Below are positions 51,501 to 64,000 of a stretch of DNA of 64,000 bases, piece by piece. The stretch is from assembly GCF_963921235.1 (NCBI RefSeq), contig NC_086097.1, positions 50,656,001 through 50,720,000 on the forward strand, read 5' to 3'. The stretch comes from Mobula hypostoma (Eukaryota). Positions within the stretch are counted from its first letter, which is position 1; each line of letters starts with the position of its first letter. Below the pieces are notes generated by a model. It searched no databases. It was not told where the DNA came from and was given only the letters and a program-made list of their open reading frames with translations. Both the position numbers and the translations under genes were made by a program.

Positions 51501-54500
51501 CTTCTGACTCAAATATCGATAGGGTTGGCCACCACTGAAGATGATGATTGTTACCGTATTTTTCTATGGTCACAAGATGAAGCTTATACACAGAACTACA
51601 AATGTTTCCATCTCATTTCTGTCCAATCACTACCTTTATACTGGCAAAATGCCAAGGCTGCTATGGGGAAATTGCAAACACTGAACAAAACAAAGCAACA
51701 GTTGAAATAAAATAGTTCTTGCTTTTAGCTACAAGTTAGCATTAAAAAATTAGGCTAGCTTAAAAGTTCTATAATGTCATTTTCTTTTACACATCATTCA
51801 TTCTCCACCCTGAAATACATCTTCAATAGGAATAGCTGCCTAAACTGTCTTAATATGCTTACAGCTTACTCAGTGTTGCACACTGGGAAACATAAACCAA
51901 TACAAAGCAAATCATAAAAGCAATAAATTTTTTACAGTTATACTGCTCACTCCCCTGGAATATTGCACAGTGAGTCAGACCAAATAGAGTATTCATGTCA
52001 GCTAGGACTGGTATGAACATAATTGGGAGAAAAAGGAGAAACAGGTGTTAAGTGATGGTAGAATGGAGAAAATTAGAAATTTAGCAGATTGAACGTTCAG
52101 TTTCAATAAAGAACAATTCTATAATAGTGTACAAATTTTACAAATATATGCACAATTTTTGACCCAGATAGGCCTGCCTTCTCTCCAGTATCCATGGCTG
52201 AAGTTGGAAATGTCATCTTGATTTTAACTTATGGGGATTTCCAAATGTTGTAGACATGGGACACAGTAGGCGTATAATGGTGTATCATGGGAACTTGACA
52301 ACAAGACAGATTGAGGAGTAGGAATATTTCACTTCCTATTGATTTGTTGTGCTTGAAAGACATGTTCATCTTTATAGTTCTAATTGTTGCTTTACTAATG
52401 TAAAAATGCAGCATTCCAGAATGCACTGAAATAACCTTTGGAAGAAAAATCACACATAACTGGCATAGGAAAAAAAGTCATTTAAGGCAATTATGAAGTA
52501 AATTTGTGTTTGGATTTAGATTAGACTAAGATTCTTCAATGCTGGTGACCTAACAGTCAAAGTCAAAGACTTAACATGAGAAACAACTATTTGTTTAAAT
52601 AGTTTTTGAAAACTGGAACTTTGTATACTTGACTAGACTTGGGAGGCCCATTTGAAAATCTATCATAAATTCAAATGGAATGCTTGCCTTTATATCTGGA
52701 GGACTAGAATACAAAAGGGTGCACCTTTATAAGTTTCAAGTTAAACCACCTTGGATAATTATGGAACCACACCTATGACTGACCTGGTGGAGATACAACA
52801 TGGGTTGATGTAAATTAATCCCTGAATTGCAAGTATTTACACGGAGAAAATACTCAATTAGGTCATTCTCCTTATAAAAGTTAGAAGATTAGATGTTAAG
52901 ATAATAAGGGAGCTGATTGAATAAACAAATTTTGTTAGAGAGACTAAAATACACTGAATGTTAAGAGCCACTTCTACATATAAACAATGGTAGAAATTTG
53001 GAACACACTGACAAATAGCCAATGGTTCAACACATCACTTGTTAATATTATTTAGCATCAGATCTGAGATTGACAATTTTTTATTACATTAAGCTACTGA
53101 GATTCATGGTCTCACTGAATAATTCAAGGAGCAAGATGGCCTCATTCAATTGTTTCATGTACATGAAAACACAATAAAGAACACAAAATGCACGTTTAGT
53201 AAAAAACTATAAATGTGCCACCTAAACAGAAAGTCTTTTTTTATGAACATGGAATAGAATAACTGAATACATGGGTTTAATTTCTGTAGTTCTGCTTTTA
53301 AAAGAAAAGCAAAAATGCCACTTCCAGTTATAGAAGGCAAGTCATTGGCTGGTTTGCTGGCAATGGTTAATGAGCTATGATGGTATTCCACTTCTGGGAT
53401 GTTTTCTGCCCCGAAGCGGCTATAGATCTTCTATTACAGAAGTTCATGACCAAACATTACACACTGAAATCAATTATAAACTGACAACAGAATTATTGTG
53501 GTGAATATAATTTGTGTAACTAGAAGCAATTAATTTGTAAATGTTAAAATTACACTGAAAATAGCATTAAGTTCTTTATTTAGTGGCTGCTTATGTCTAC
53601 AGCCACTTGAATTTAGCAATTAAGCCAAATGTTAATTTGTTTGAAATGTTCTTTCAAATGGATGGATAATGGAAGCACAGTGATACAAGCAAGTTAAACA
53701 TTTTCAAGTTTAATTAGAGAGCATGGGATACCTTGGTCAAGAAAAGAATTAGATTAAAACAGTTGGAAAATGAAACTAATTAATTTTAAACGGCAATTGA
53801 TGGGCTTCCTCCCAGCTAACGATGCAAATTGCATTTTTAAACCCCATCCTATGGATTGTATGTCATTTGCAATGAAACTGATGGAAATCCAGACTGAGTC
53901 TGTGTTTGCTGGAGGCTTCTTCTGGGGTTAAAGGACTGTGTATATGTATGGGTGGGACGGAGAAAAAGGACTTGTTTTTGCTGTTGTCGTTTTGTTGCTT
54001 GTGGTGTTCTACGTTATTCTGCCAAGCATTGTGGGCACGGTATGTTGATGCTGGAACGTGTGACAACACTTGTGGGCTGCCCCCAGCAGATCCTTGGGTG
54101 TGTTGGTTGTTAACTCAACAATGCACTTCACTGTATGTTTCGATGCACATATGACAAATAAACTTGAATCTTGAACCTTGATATTCATTGCATTCACAGT
54201 GTCAAATGGGTATTTCATAAACACCACGTCCAATAATCTATTTTCTTAATCAGTAAATTTAAAGAGAGGAAAAGAACAACTTGAGATGAGCAGAAAAAAA
54301 AATGACATGGATTAAGAGAAAGAAGCCACAAAAAAAAAAGCAAGTCTTTGGAAAATGTAACAGTCCTTACTTTGCTTTGAGCAACAAAAGGGTAAACATG
54401 CATTTTAAATCATTTTAAGTGATTAACTATTAAACCTCCATGATCAGAAACTACAAAACTGCTTTAACAAGATCACAAGAAAATACTGGAATAAGCAGGG

Positions 54501-55039
54501 GTAAAGGAGAACAAATAACCTACTACCAGCAAATACTATCATGAGAGATTTGGTTGATTAACATTGTCTTACTAATTTATCTAAATCCAACAGGGCAAAA
54601 GGCATGATAGTTTCGGAAATTATTTGACCAAGGTCATCCATTCTAATGATGTACATTATTTTTTTTAATCATAAAAAATAAGTGTTGAAAAACCACTGCA
54701 TTCAGAAACTGAAAGCCTTCAGACACGCAGAAGCGTGATAGCAAACCTGGCATAAAACATTAGCAATATTTTCTTTTTTTAAAAAATCTTTAAGGAATGA
54801 GAATCTACTGTTTAATAGTTCACTTCTGGACATTCAAGGTTAAGCAGTGTCCCAAACCATAAATCACACAATAAAAACCTCATTACAACATATTTCATCA
54901 GAAATTAATCTACATTAACTATGCAATCAGCAATTCACATCAGACAATGAACTTCAATGGACGCATTCAGTGAGGTTATAATTATTTGGATTTCTCAGTG
55001 CCAAAGGTACCAGTCATTGGAGGTACATTAATGCAAACA

Positions 55040-56670
55040 AGAGCACAAAATGCTGAAGGAACTCAGCAGGTCAGGCAGCATCTATGGAACTGCATAAACA
55101 GTCAACGTTTTGGGCCAAAGGCCTTCATCAAAACTGGAAAGGAAGGGGCATGATGCCAGAATAAGGTGGTGCGGGGGGGGGGGGAGAGAAGAGGAAAAGA
55201 GGACAAACTAGAAAGTGATAGGTGCAGCCAGTTGGGTGGGGGAGGGGGAAATGAAGCAAGATGGGAACTGTTAGGTGGAAAAAGTAAAGGGCTAGAGAAG
55301 AATCTAATGGGGGAGGAGGGCGAGGGGGGGAGAGAGGGGGGAGAGAGGGGGGAGAGAGGGGGGAGAGAGGGGGGAGAGAGGGGGAGAGAGGGGGGAGAGA
55401 GGGGGGAGAGAGGGGGAGAGAGGGGGAGAGAGGGGGGAGAGGGGGAGAGGGGGGGAGAGAGGGGGGAGAGGGGGGGAGAGAGGGGGAGAGAGGGGGGAGA
55501 GAGGGGGAGAGAGGGGGGAGAGAGGGGGGAGAGAGGGGGGGAGAGAGGGGGAGAGAGGGGGGAGAGAGGGGGAGAGAGGGGGGAGAGAGGGGGGAGAGAG
55601 GGGGGAGAGGGGAGAGGGGGGAGAGAGGGGGGAAGAGAGGGGGGAGAGAGGGGGGAGAGAGGGGGGGAGAGAGGGGGGAGAGAGGGGGGAGAGAGGGGGG
55701 AGAGAGGGGGGAGAGAGGGGGGAGAGAGGGGGGAGAGAGGGGGGAGAGAGGGGGGAGAGAGAGGGGGAGAGAGGGGGGGAGAGAGGGGGAGAGAGGGGGA
55801 GAGAGGGGGGAGAGAGGGGGGAGAGAGGGGGGAGAGAGGGGGGAGAGAGGGGGAGAGAGGGGAGAGAGGGGAGAGAGGGGGAGAGAGGGGGGAGAGGGGG
55901 GGAGAGAGGGGGAGAGAGGGGGGGAGAGAGGGGGAGAGGGGGGGAGAGAGGGGGGGGAGAGAGGGGGGGGGAGAAGACGTAAGAGACCTGAGTGGGGAAT
56001 GGAAGAAGGGAGAAGGTATACAGGAAAAATTACCAGAAGTTGGCGAAATCGATGTTCATACCATCAGATTGGAGGTTATTTAGATGGAATGAGGTGTTGC
56101 AATCTTAAAATGGTTGGCCACTGGGAAAACACACTTTTTGTGAATAGAGCTGAAGTGCTCAACAAGGCAGTCCCCCAATCCTCATCAGGTCTCACCAAGG
56201 TAGGGGATACAGTATACAACACCAACAGATTCCAGGTGAGGTAAAATTTCACCTACGAAGAGCCATTTAGGTTCCAGAATGCAGGTGAGGGAGGATAGCC
56301 AGGTGCAGCAATTCTGTCACTAGCAGGGACAAGTGCCAGGAGGGAGACTAGTACGGAGGGATGAATGGACAAGGGCATCACAGAAGGAGAAACTCCTGCA
56401 GAAAGCAGAAAGGGAAGGAAAGGTACAGATTTGGTTGGTGTAGGGTCCCCTTGAGGGTGCAGAGAATGATGTAATGGATGCAGAGGCTTACAGAGTGGTA
56501 GATGAGGACAAGAGAAACTCTATCCCTGTCAAGGTGGCGGGAAGATGGGGTTAGCACAGATGCCCGGGAAATGTTAGAAATTAAGGATAGTACAGCAACG
56601 ATGGAAGAGGAAGGAAAACCCAGCTCGATAAAGGCAGAGGATGTCCTGAAAAGGAAAACTTCATCCTGGG
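55040..56670 (-). mobile_element. Degenerate Penelope-like element 3' half
   Basis: Minus strand YLGET..RLGDCLVEH (~56155-56205) and NLQSDGMNIDFANFW* (~56030-56080). Decayed hammerhead at 55099-55137. Confidence 0.75.
55323..55975 (+). repeat. Purine-only (GAGAGGGGG/GAGAGGGGGG)n satellite, ~650 bp
   Basis: Directly visible; only G and A on the plus strand. Confidence 0.97.
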
Positions 56671-58561
56671 GGCTCCTTTTTGATATTTTAAGGCAACTAA
56701 GACAAACTATTTCTTATGTTTCAGTATTTAATTGCAGATATATTGACAATTTTATTGTATCAACATGGTAGATGCAAATTTGCAATAGTTATTCAAATTT
56801 CTTCATTGATTCACAAATCGAAACACCAATCACAGACAAGTGGTCATTAGTTAGCAGTGGTTACATGATTTTTCGTATTGCTCTATGTCACTTGCAAAAA
56901 AACACTGCAGTATCAATAGCCTTGGATTGTAATTAGGAAGTGCACTCTGGAGTTGAGATTTGAAAAGCAATTTTGCTCACCAGGTTATCTATTATTTTCG
57001 CTCTCTGACAGATGTCACTATGGAAATGTCTTGTGATCATAAACCAAATCCAAGTTGATGCCAACTCCTCGTCTCATTCAACATTTTTTTCCCTCAAATG
57101 ACATTCATGCAATAGATTGGTGGTCTTTGAGGAAGAACCAAAGCAATAATTTGCTCACAAAATAAACTTTTACATAAGAACACAAGAAACAGGGATAGGA
57201 GTTAAACAAGTTTGCCCTTAAGTCTGCTCTGCTTTTGATTAAATTCATAGTTGATCCAATCTTAGCCTCAATACTACTTTCACCCCCTTTCGGCTCTGAG
57301 TTTTCACATTTCAATAGGGAATCATGCAGTCATTAGGAGCCCAGAATGGATGTTGGACAGGACCCAGCAATGGACAGCAGTCACCCTACTAAGCAGGTTA
57401 ATGAACTGCTCAGCATTGCAGATGGCAAGCTGCAGGTGACAAGAGTTGATCCTGGTTGTCATGATTTTGTACCTTCTAATGAAGCCCATCGTCAGCCTTC
57501 CAAAATGTTTGCTCTGCATGCATGCTAACTCTGTGTTTCTTTCAGCTGGACCCCTGCTGGCTGCCTACTGCACCATTTTGCAGTCTCACTCCACTTAAAT
57601 ACCAATTTGCTTTATCATACTTTCAAAGTGATTAACCTCACATTTTCTGCACATTATACTCCATCTACCATTTTCTTATCCACTGACCTAACCCATCTAT
57701 TTCACTTCACAGGGTCTTTGTGTTCTCCTCAGAACCTTCTAAACCACCTATTGGTGTATCACCAGCAAGTTTGGCCACAATGCACTCTGTACCTTCATCC
57801 AGATCAGCGTCAGGAAAGAGCAATGCGTTTTGCAGAACATACATACCGAAATTATTTTACAGAAGAGAATGGAAAGTCACATCCTTGACTTTTATTCATG
57901 TTTTGAATGAAGACTGACAGGCCAAGCACGAACCAAGTTAGAGAAGAACCACTTCTGTGCGCACAGGGAATTCATTGGGCAACAGCTGTGTTGCGACAGG
58001 TTAGCCAAGAAAACAGTTAGCTTTTGAGTACTCAGCATCTTCATCACAGTAAGAGTGTCTCTGACTGGCCACGTCCACAACAAGGTCAATGTGCTTAAGA
58101 CTAGAGTCATGGAAAACAGTTCAAACATCTGTATAACGAATCTGTGATAATATACAGATAACTATAAGAACTCTTACATTTTATAATATGGTGGACATAT
58201 ATTAATGCATTTGGCATGCCTATCCTACAACAACCTTATTTGGATCCACAGGCAAAATAGAAAGTTAAAGGCACAAAGCAATATTTCCTCAAAAGAAAGA
58301 AAAAGGATTTTGTTATATAAATACTTCCTAGAATTAAATAGACCAAGCAATTGAAAAAAAGTGGGAGACAATGTTTGCTCAATTGTGTTTTGTGATTTGA
58401 CACAATTTTTTAAAAATATTCTCATCATCCACTTGCAATCCCAGAATAGCTTCTGTAATTTAAAAAAGTGCTAACCTTAAGCAACACAGATTGAAACAAG
58501 CAACTTTAAAACAGGTGATGTAGACCATACTGTCAGCATGCGCCATGTTAGAAATTAAATA

Positions 58562-58955
58562 AATGCAGATATTGGAATCTGAAGCACAAATCAAACTGGT
58601 GGAGGAACAAACTCAGCAGGTTGAACAGCAACTGTTGGGTTGGTGGGGGGGGGGAGAAATATTTTGGGTCAAGAACCTACATCAGTATTGAGTAGAAAGG
58701 AAATGGGGAGCGGTGGGAGGGAGGGCAAGACAGGGACTGGTAGATGATAGATAGGTGGACCAAGGAGTGGCAAGGGCTAAGGAGAAGGAAACAATCTACT
58801 GCCACTCATCTTACCCCTCCTTTTCCTACTGGCTATATTAATTTTCCTCTCAGACTTAATGTGGGTCCTTGACCCAATTTTCAACAACTGCCCCCCCACT
58901 ATAAAAATGGAGTTCAATCCACCAAGTTCCTCCAGCAGTTTGTTTTTGCTCCATG
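58562..58955. mobile_element. Degenerate inverted Penelope-derived element
   Basis: CAAACTGGTGGAGGAAC at left and GTTCCTCCAGCAGTTTG at right. Hammerhead remnants in both orientations (~58660-58690 minus, ~58851-58890 plus). Confidence 0.55.
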
Positions 58956-59689
58956 TGTGACATTACTTGCTTCCCTTACTTAACATCCATACATTTCAAA
59001 ATACAACACTTTCACTAGCTAATAGGCATTAAAACTACTCAAGAAATGAAAGTTTCAACATTGTGAAGTTTCAATAATGCAACTCACACAAAAAAAAGCA
59101 CTTCAAAGTATCGTAGATTGAGCAAGGTGCCACATAAATGAATATATCTTAGCTTGCACATTAATACAAAGATTTGAATAAGGTGTAGTGCCTATGCTAG
59201 TAACTAAGTTATGGATTAAATTTTGTGTTCCCTCATTTTCAAAAGGTGCAATGTAACTTGGTCCACAATCAAATCAGGTTTGCAGACATTTTATAGGCTT
59301 ATACATAAATAAAACATTTTAAAATCTTACTCAACCAATTCCACATTCTTATCCTCGCTACCAACTTTAGAATATAATTGGCAGTGTGAAAGGCTATGTG
59401 TGGACCTCTGGTTATAAAGCAACAACTAGGAAGAAAGTTCAATAATTTGCCCCATTGTTTCGAATCTTATTTTACAGTGTAAGGTCAGACACAGTAGCCT
59501 GAGTCTTCTACTTCTCCAAGAAAGATTTAAACTCCAAGAACTTATTTGAATATTAGAAACACATATTGATAGCTTCATATAAACTCCCTCCACAAGGAGA
59601 GAAATCCATTCTGTGAGTATGTCAAATGGATTGGCTGGTCTTAATATCTGTCCTGTCCATTGTGTGATCACATACTTTATGACCATTTT

Positions 59690-60125
59690 GCAGGCAAGTA
59701 GCCTCCTAGTTTAGTTTCAACGGTTGGTGTAACTGTTATGGACCCCTGCTGCTGTTCCTGGAATGTTCTTCTACACTCAGAGCAAAGCTTGAAAGTGTTG
59801 ATTATAGTGAGGAATACTATAAGGAATATATACACGGTTACAGATGTTTTTCCCCAATGGGCCAAACAGTTCACATCTCATAGGTACCGAAATCCAGCTG
59901 AATATGAGTGGATAGCTTCACTCACTTCAACTCTGAACTGATTTCACAACCTGCAACCTCGCTTTCAAGGACTCTACAGCTCAGGTTCTCAGTATTTTAC
60001 GTGCAATTTGTCTTCTTTTGCAAATTGGTTACAGACCTTATGTACAGTTTTTCCTAAATTCTATTATATTTCTTTATTTTCCTTTAAATAGCTGCAAGAA
60101 AATTAATCTCAGAGTAGAATATGGT
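59690..60125 (+). mobile_element. Degenerate Rex-Babar-type LINE 3' end
   Basis: 3' UTR resembles 27840-28090 (CTCGCTTTCAAGG...CTGCAAGAAAAT.AATCTCAG). Confidence 0.55.
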
Positions 60126-60199
60126 CTCTCACACACACACAAAAAGGATTTTTCCACTCCATAAAGTCAATACAACTGGCATTACCATCAATACTCTGA

Positions 60200-62505
60200 T
60201 ACAGATGCATCTGCACCAAGTGGATTGATAAGAAGGAAATCAAGAGGGCTAAAAAAAAAAAGCATGAGGCTGCTCCAGCAGACAAAAGGAAGGAGAATCC
60301 CAAGGGAGTCTACAGATATATTAAGAGCAAAAGGACAGCAAGGGACAAAATTGATCCTGTGGAAGATGCATGAAATTGAAAGAGATGGAGGAGAACTTGA
60401 ATTTTTTTTTGCATAGAAGCAAGGCAAATGGCTGGTCATATGAAGAGCATTTGATGGCTCTGGACCTGTATTCACTAGAATTCAAAGAAATGAGGGGTGA
60501 CCTCAATGAACCCTATTAAAAGGTGAAAGGCCTTGATAAAGTGGATTTGAAAAAGACGTTTCCTATGGTGGGTGAGTCTAAGACCAGAGGACACAGCTTC
60601 AGAATAGAGGGGTGTCCTTTTAGAACAGAGATGAGGAGGAATTTCTTCAGCCAGAAAGTGGAGAATCTGTGGAATTCTTTGCCACAGGCAGCTGTGGAGG
60701 CCAAGACCACGTATATTTAAGGCAGAAGTTGATAGATTCTTGATTGATCAAAGCATGAAGGGATATGGGGAGAAGATCATGAAGCATGAAGGGATATTGC
60801 AGCTGAGAGGAAAAATGGATCGTTCATGATGAAACAGCGGAGCAAATTCATTGGACCAAATGGTCTAATTCTGCTCTTGCATTTTATGGTCTTATGATCT
60901 AAAACAGCAGTGAGGTCATGGACTGTACAAATTACAGAGGAGGTGGTTTTTGCTGACTTGAGGCAAAATAGGGTGGATAAATCCCCAGGGCCTTACAATG
61001 TGATTCCTCAGACCTTGTGGGAGGGTAATTCAGAAATTGCAGGGGTTCTAGCAGAGATATTTAAAATGTCCTAAGCAACAGGTGAAGGTGAGATGCTAGA
61101 GGACTGGCTAATAGCTAATGTTCCTCTGTTGTTGGAAGAAAAGTTCTAAGAATAACCTGGGAATTTTTAGGATGGTGAGCCTAACATCAGTAGTCATTAA
61201 GTTACTGTAAGGTAATCAAAGGGACGAGATATACAAGTAGACAGGAATTGATTAGGGATAGACAACATTGCTTTGCATGTGGTAGTTTGTGTCTAACCAA
61301 TCTTATACCTTCTTCAAGGAAGTTACCAGGAAAATTGATGAAGGCAAGGCAGTGGATGTTGTGTACATGGATCTTAGCAAAGCCTTTGACAAGGCCCTGC
61401 ATGGGAGGTTGCACAAGAAAGTTCAGTTGTTTAGCATTAAGGATGAGGTAGTAAATTGCATTAAATGTTAGCAAGAGAGGAGTAGTAGATGGTTGTCCCT
61501 CTGACTGGATGCCTGAATTAGCAATGTGTCATAGAGATCTGGGCTGGATCAGTTATTGTTTGTCATTTATATCAACAATTGGAATGGTAATATAGTAAAC
61601 TGGATCAGCAAATTTGCAGATGACACCAAGATTGGGGACATAGTGGACAGCAAAGGTGCCTGATTTGGCTTGTAGCAGGATCTGAACCAGATGGAAAATG
61701 GGCTGAAAAAAAGCAGATGGAGTTTAACGTGGAAAAGTGTGCAAACGTGAGGTTCTGCACTTTCGGAGGATAAACCAGGGCAAGACTTGCATGGTGAGCA
61801 ATAGAGCACTGAGGTGTGCAGTAGAACAGAGAGAATACTGATCCATAATTCCTGGAAAGTGGCGTCACAGATAGATAAGGTCACAAATAGAGCTTTTGAC
61901 ACATTGGCCTTCATAAGTCAAAGTACTGAGTACAGGAATTCAGATGTTATGTTGAAATTGTGTAAGACATCAGTGAAGCCTAATTTGGAGTAGTATGTGC
62001 AGTTTTGGTCACCTACCTACAGGAAAGACGTAAATAAGGATATTGCCAGGACTTGAAGACCTGAGTTATAGAGAAAGGTTGAATAGGCTAGGATTTCATT
62101 CACTTGACTACAGCGTTGAAGAATGAGGGGAGATTTAGTGGAGGGATACAAAATTATGAGGGGTATAGATAGGGGAAATGCAAGCATACTTTTTCCACTG
62201 AGGTTGGGTGAGAGGTTTCCACTAGAGGTTATGAGTTAAGGTTGAAAGGTGAAATGTTAAGAGAACATGAGGGGAAACGTCTTCACTCAGAGGGTGTTGA
62301 GAGTGTGGAACAAACTGCCAGCAGAAGTGGCAGATACGAGTTCAATTTCAACATTCAAGAAAAAATAGGGTAGGTACATGGATGGGAGAGGAATAGAGGG
62401 CTATCATCCAGGTGCAAGTCATTGGGACTGAGTATATTATTTGTTTGGCATGGACTAAATGGGCCAAAGGGCCTATTTCTGAGCTGTCGTGTTTTATGAC
62501 AATGA
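60200..62505 (+). mobile_element. Degenerate CR1-clade LINE with a second CR1 3' end (~60435-60900) inside or adjacent
   Basis: FPMVGESKTRGHSFRIEG...NFFSQKVENLWNSLP (60523), DKSPGP, AVDVVYMDLSKAFDK (61289) and SKFADDTKIG (~61607). Confidence 0.82.
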
Positions 62506-62675
62506 CTTGAGTTGGTCTCACAACTTGTGCTACACCCAGTCTAGCAGCTATGTTCCACAAAACTCAAACATTTTGCCATTGAAGTTGTTCACTAGAACTC
62601 TTCCTGCACCTTTGTTGCAGCCAGTGCACTTCAATACAGAAGAGAAATAATCCATCAGGTAGCAATCAATCAATA

Positions 62676-63040
62676 AGCAACACACACAAAATGCTGGAGG
62701 AACTCAGCAGGTCAGGAAATGAATAAACTGTTGGCTGAGATCCTCCTTCAGGACTGAGAGAGAAGGGGTGAGGTACCTGAATTAAAAGGTGAAGGGAGGG
62801 GAAAGAGGCTAGCTAGAAGGTGATAGGTGAAGCCAGGTAGATGGGAAAAGGTCAAGGGCTGGAGAAGAAAGAATCTGATAAGAGGGGAGAGTAGGCAATA
62901 GGAGAAAGGAAAAAGTTAGGAGACCCAGGGGGAAGTAATAGACACGTGAGATGATGTAAACGGTCAGAGTGGGGAATGGAGGGGTAGAGTGGGGAAATTT
63001 TTGTTCACCGGAAGGTGAAATCGATAGTCATGCCATCAGG
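62676..63040 (-). mobile_element. Penelope-like 3' repeat fragment
   Basis: GCAACACACACAAAATGCTGGAGGAACTCAGCAGGTCAGG motif, partially deleted hammerhead at ~62728-62756, and a purine-rich segment like 43290-43670. Confidence 0.7.
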
Positions 63041-63474
63041 AATAAATTTCTTTGCCCATATTCAACCATATGCCACATGACTTCATGGAGATTGACATCA
63101 ATATTAGGGTTTTCCTGGCCCACTCTCTCCCAAATAAATATCCCTGTGCCACCACTTTTGTTAGGTTACTTATGTCAATGAGACAGGGCATATCCAGGAA
63201 TTGTGCCAAAAAAATGAAAAGACAGAATTCTGTAAGACAACATGTCTAATTTTGGTACATATTAGAAAGGACAATTCCACACATGACAGTGTATCTTTCT
63301 TGTCTCCTAATCAAATACATGGTTGATGCCAAATTGTCACACGAATTCATGTTTATAATGCTTAGTTGTAGAGGTTTCACATGTCGAATGACTTACTAGT
63401 TCATTTCAAAAGGCTTGCAAGGAGTCAAATCACATTCCATTTTTTAGCCTCCTTGTGTGGTCGAAAAAGTGTAA

Positions 63475-63716
63475 ATGACTATAATGAACCATTAGTAAAA
63501 TAAATCTCTTCCAGTTTAGGAGTCATAACCGTTCAACACATTACTATTTACATATAGATTCCAAACATTAATTCCTTGACAGAAATTATCACCAGCTCTG
63601 AAAAAACTAAGTGAATATTATGAGCCATTAAATCTCTTAATATAGTAGTCATGACCCTTCAACACATTACTATTTACATATAAATTCTATACAGATTAAT
63701 TCCTTGACAGAAAATA
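63475..63716 (+). repeat. Imperfect local tandem duplication, period ~126 bp
   Basis: AGTCAT.ACC.TTCAACACATTACTATTTACATATA.ATTC...ATTAATTCCTTGACAGAAA occurs at 63521 and 63647. Confidence 0.8.
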
Positions 63717-64000
63717 TCAAACTATGAAACATTGCTATAATTATTCATATTGATGTCATCGCTATCAAATCAATTAAGAAATAGTATTATGCTATTGATC
63801 ACTGCCAAAATTTTTAACATCTGACACATCAAGTACTCAATTAGTAACAACCCTATAAAAGATCAGCTACCAAAAATAACAATGACTACTTGTTACTTAT
63901 GTCAAGGCATTTTTAAAGTTAATGCTTTTAAATTATGTCAGAGGGAAACACCTGTTGACAAAATACAGATAACATATTGATAAAGCAGTTTATTATTGTA

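Noticed and set aside
55166..56083. 305-aa G/E/R-rich ORF
   Set aside because: A purine-only satellite cannot contain stop codons, so the ORF is a by-product inside a PLE.
57832..57888. Peptide YRNYFTEENGK resembling SOS exon 1 (YEFFSEEN)
   Set aside because: It is on the wrong strand for the gene, lacks the following W.GLL motif and has no CpG-rich context; a chance match. Exon 1 was not found in the window.

Overview
Eukaryotic, repeat-dense vertebrate DNA. The CR1, Rex-Babar, Penelope and V-SINE repertoire suggests a cartilaginous fish, probably a ray (inference). The window lies inside one protein-coding gene on the minus strand: six GT-AG coding exons (126, 132, 165, 204, 144 and 111 nt, all phase 0) splice into the N-terminal histone-fold and DH regions of Son of sevenless homolog 2 (SOS2; exons 2-7 by homology). 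Exon 1 and exon 8 onward were not found, so intron 1 is at least ~29.7 kb. Much of the intronic DNA is transposable elements: CR1 and Rex-Babar-type LINEs, Penelope-like elements (PLEs), tRNA-derived SINEs, Tc1, hAT and pogo-type DNA transposons, and a solo LTR, often nested three levels deep. Most ORF-track entries are TE fragments or antisense artefacts. The most notable signal is a dispersed family of minimal hammerhead-ribozyme motifs in the PLE 3' repeats, plus short PLE-derived fold-back elements, one of which has its symmetry centre at the predicted self-cleavage site. Also seen: an inverted CR1 pair bracketing exons 4-6, a near-perfect 577-bp tandem duplication and a ~650-bp purine-only tract. 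Exon and TSD coordinates were read directly. Other repeat boundaries are approximate, and family calls rest on motif recognition, not database searches.
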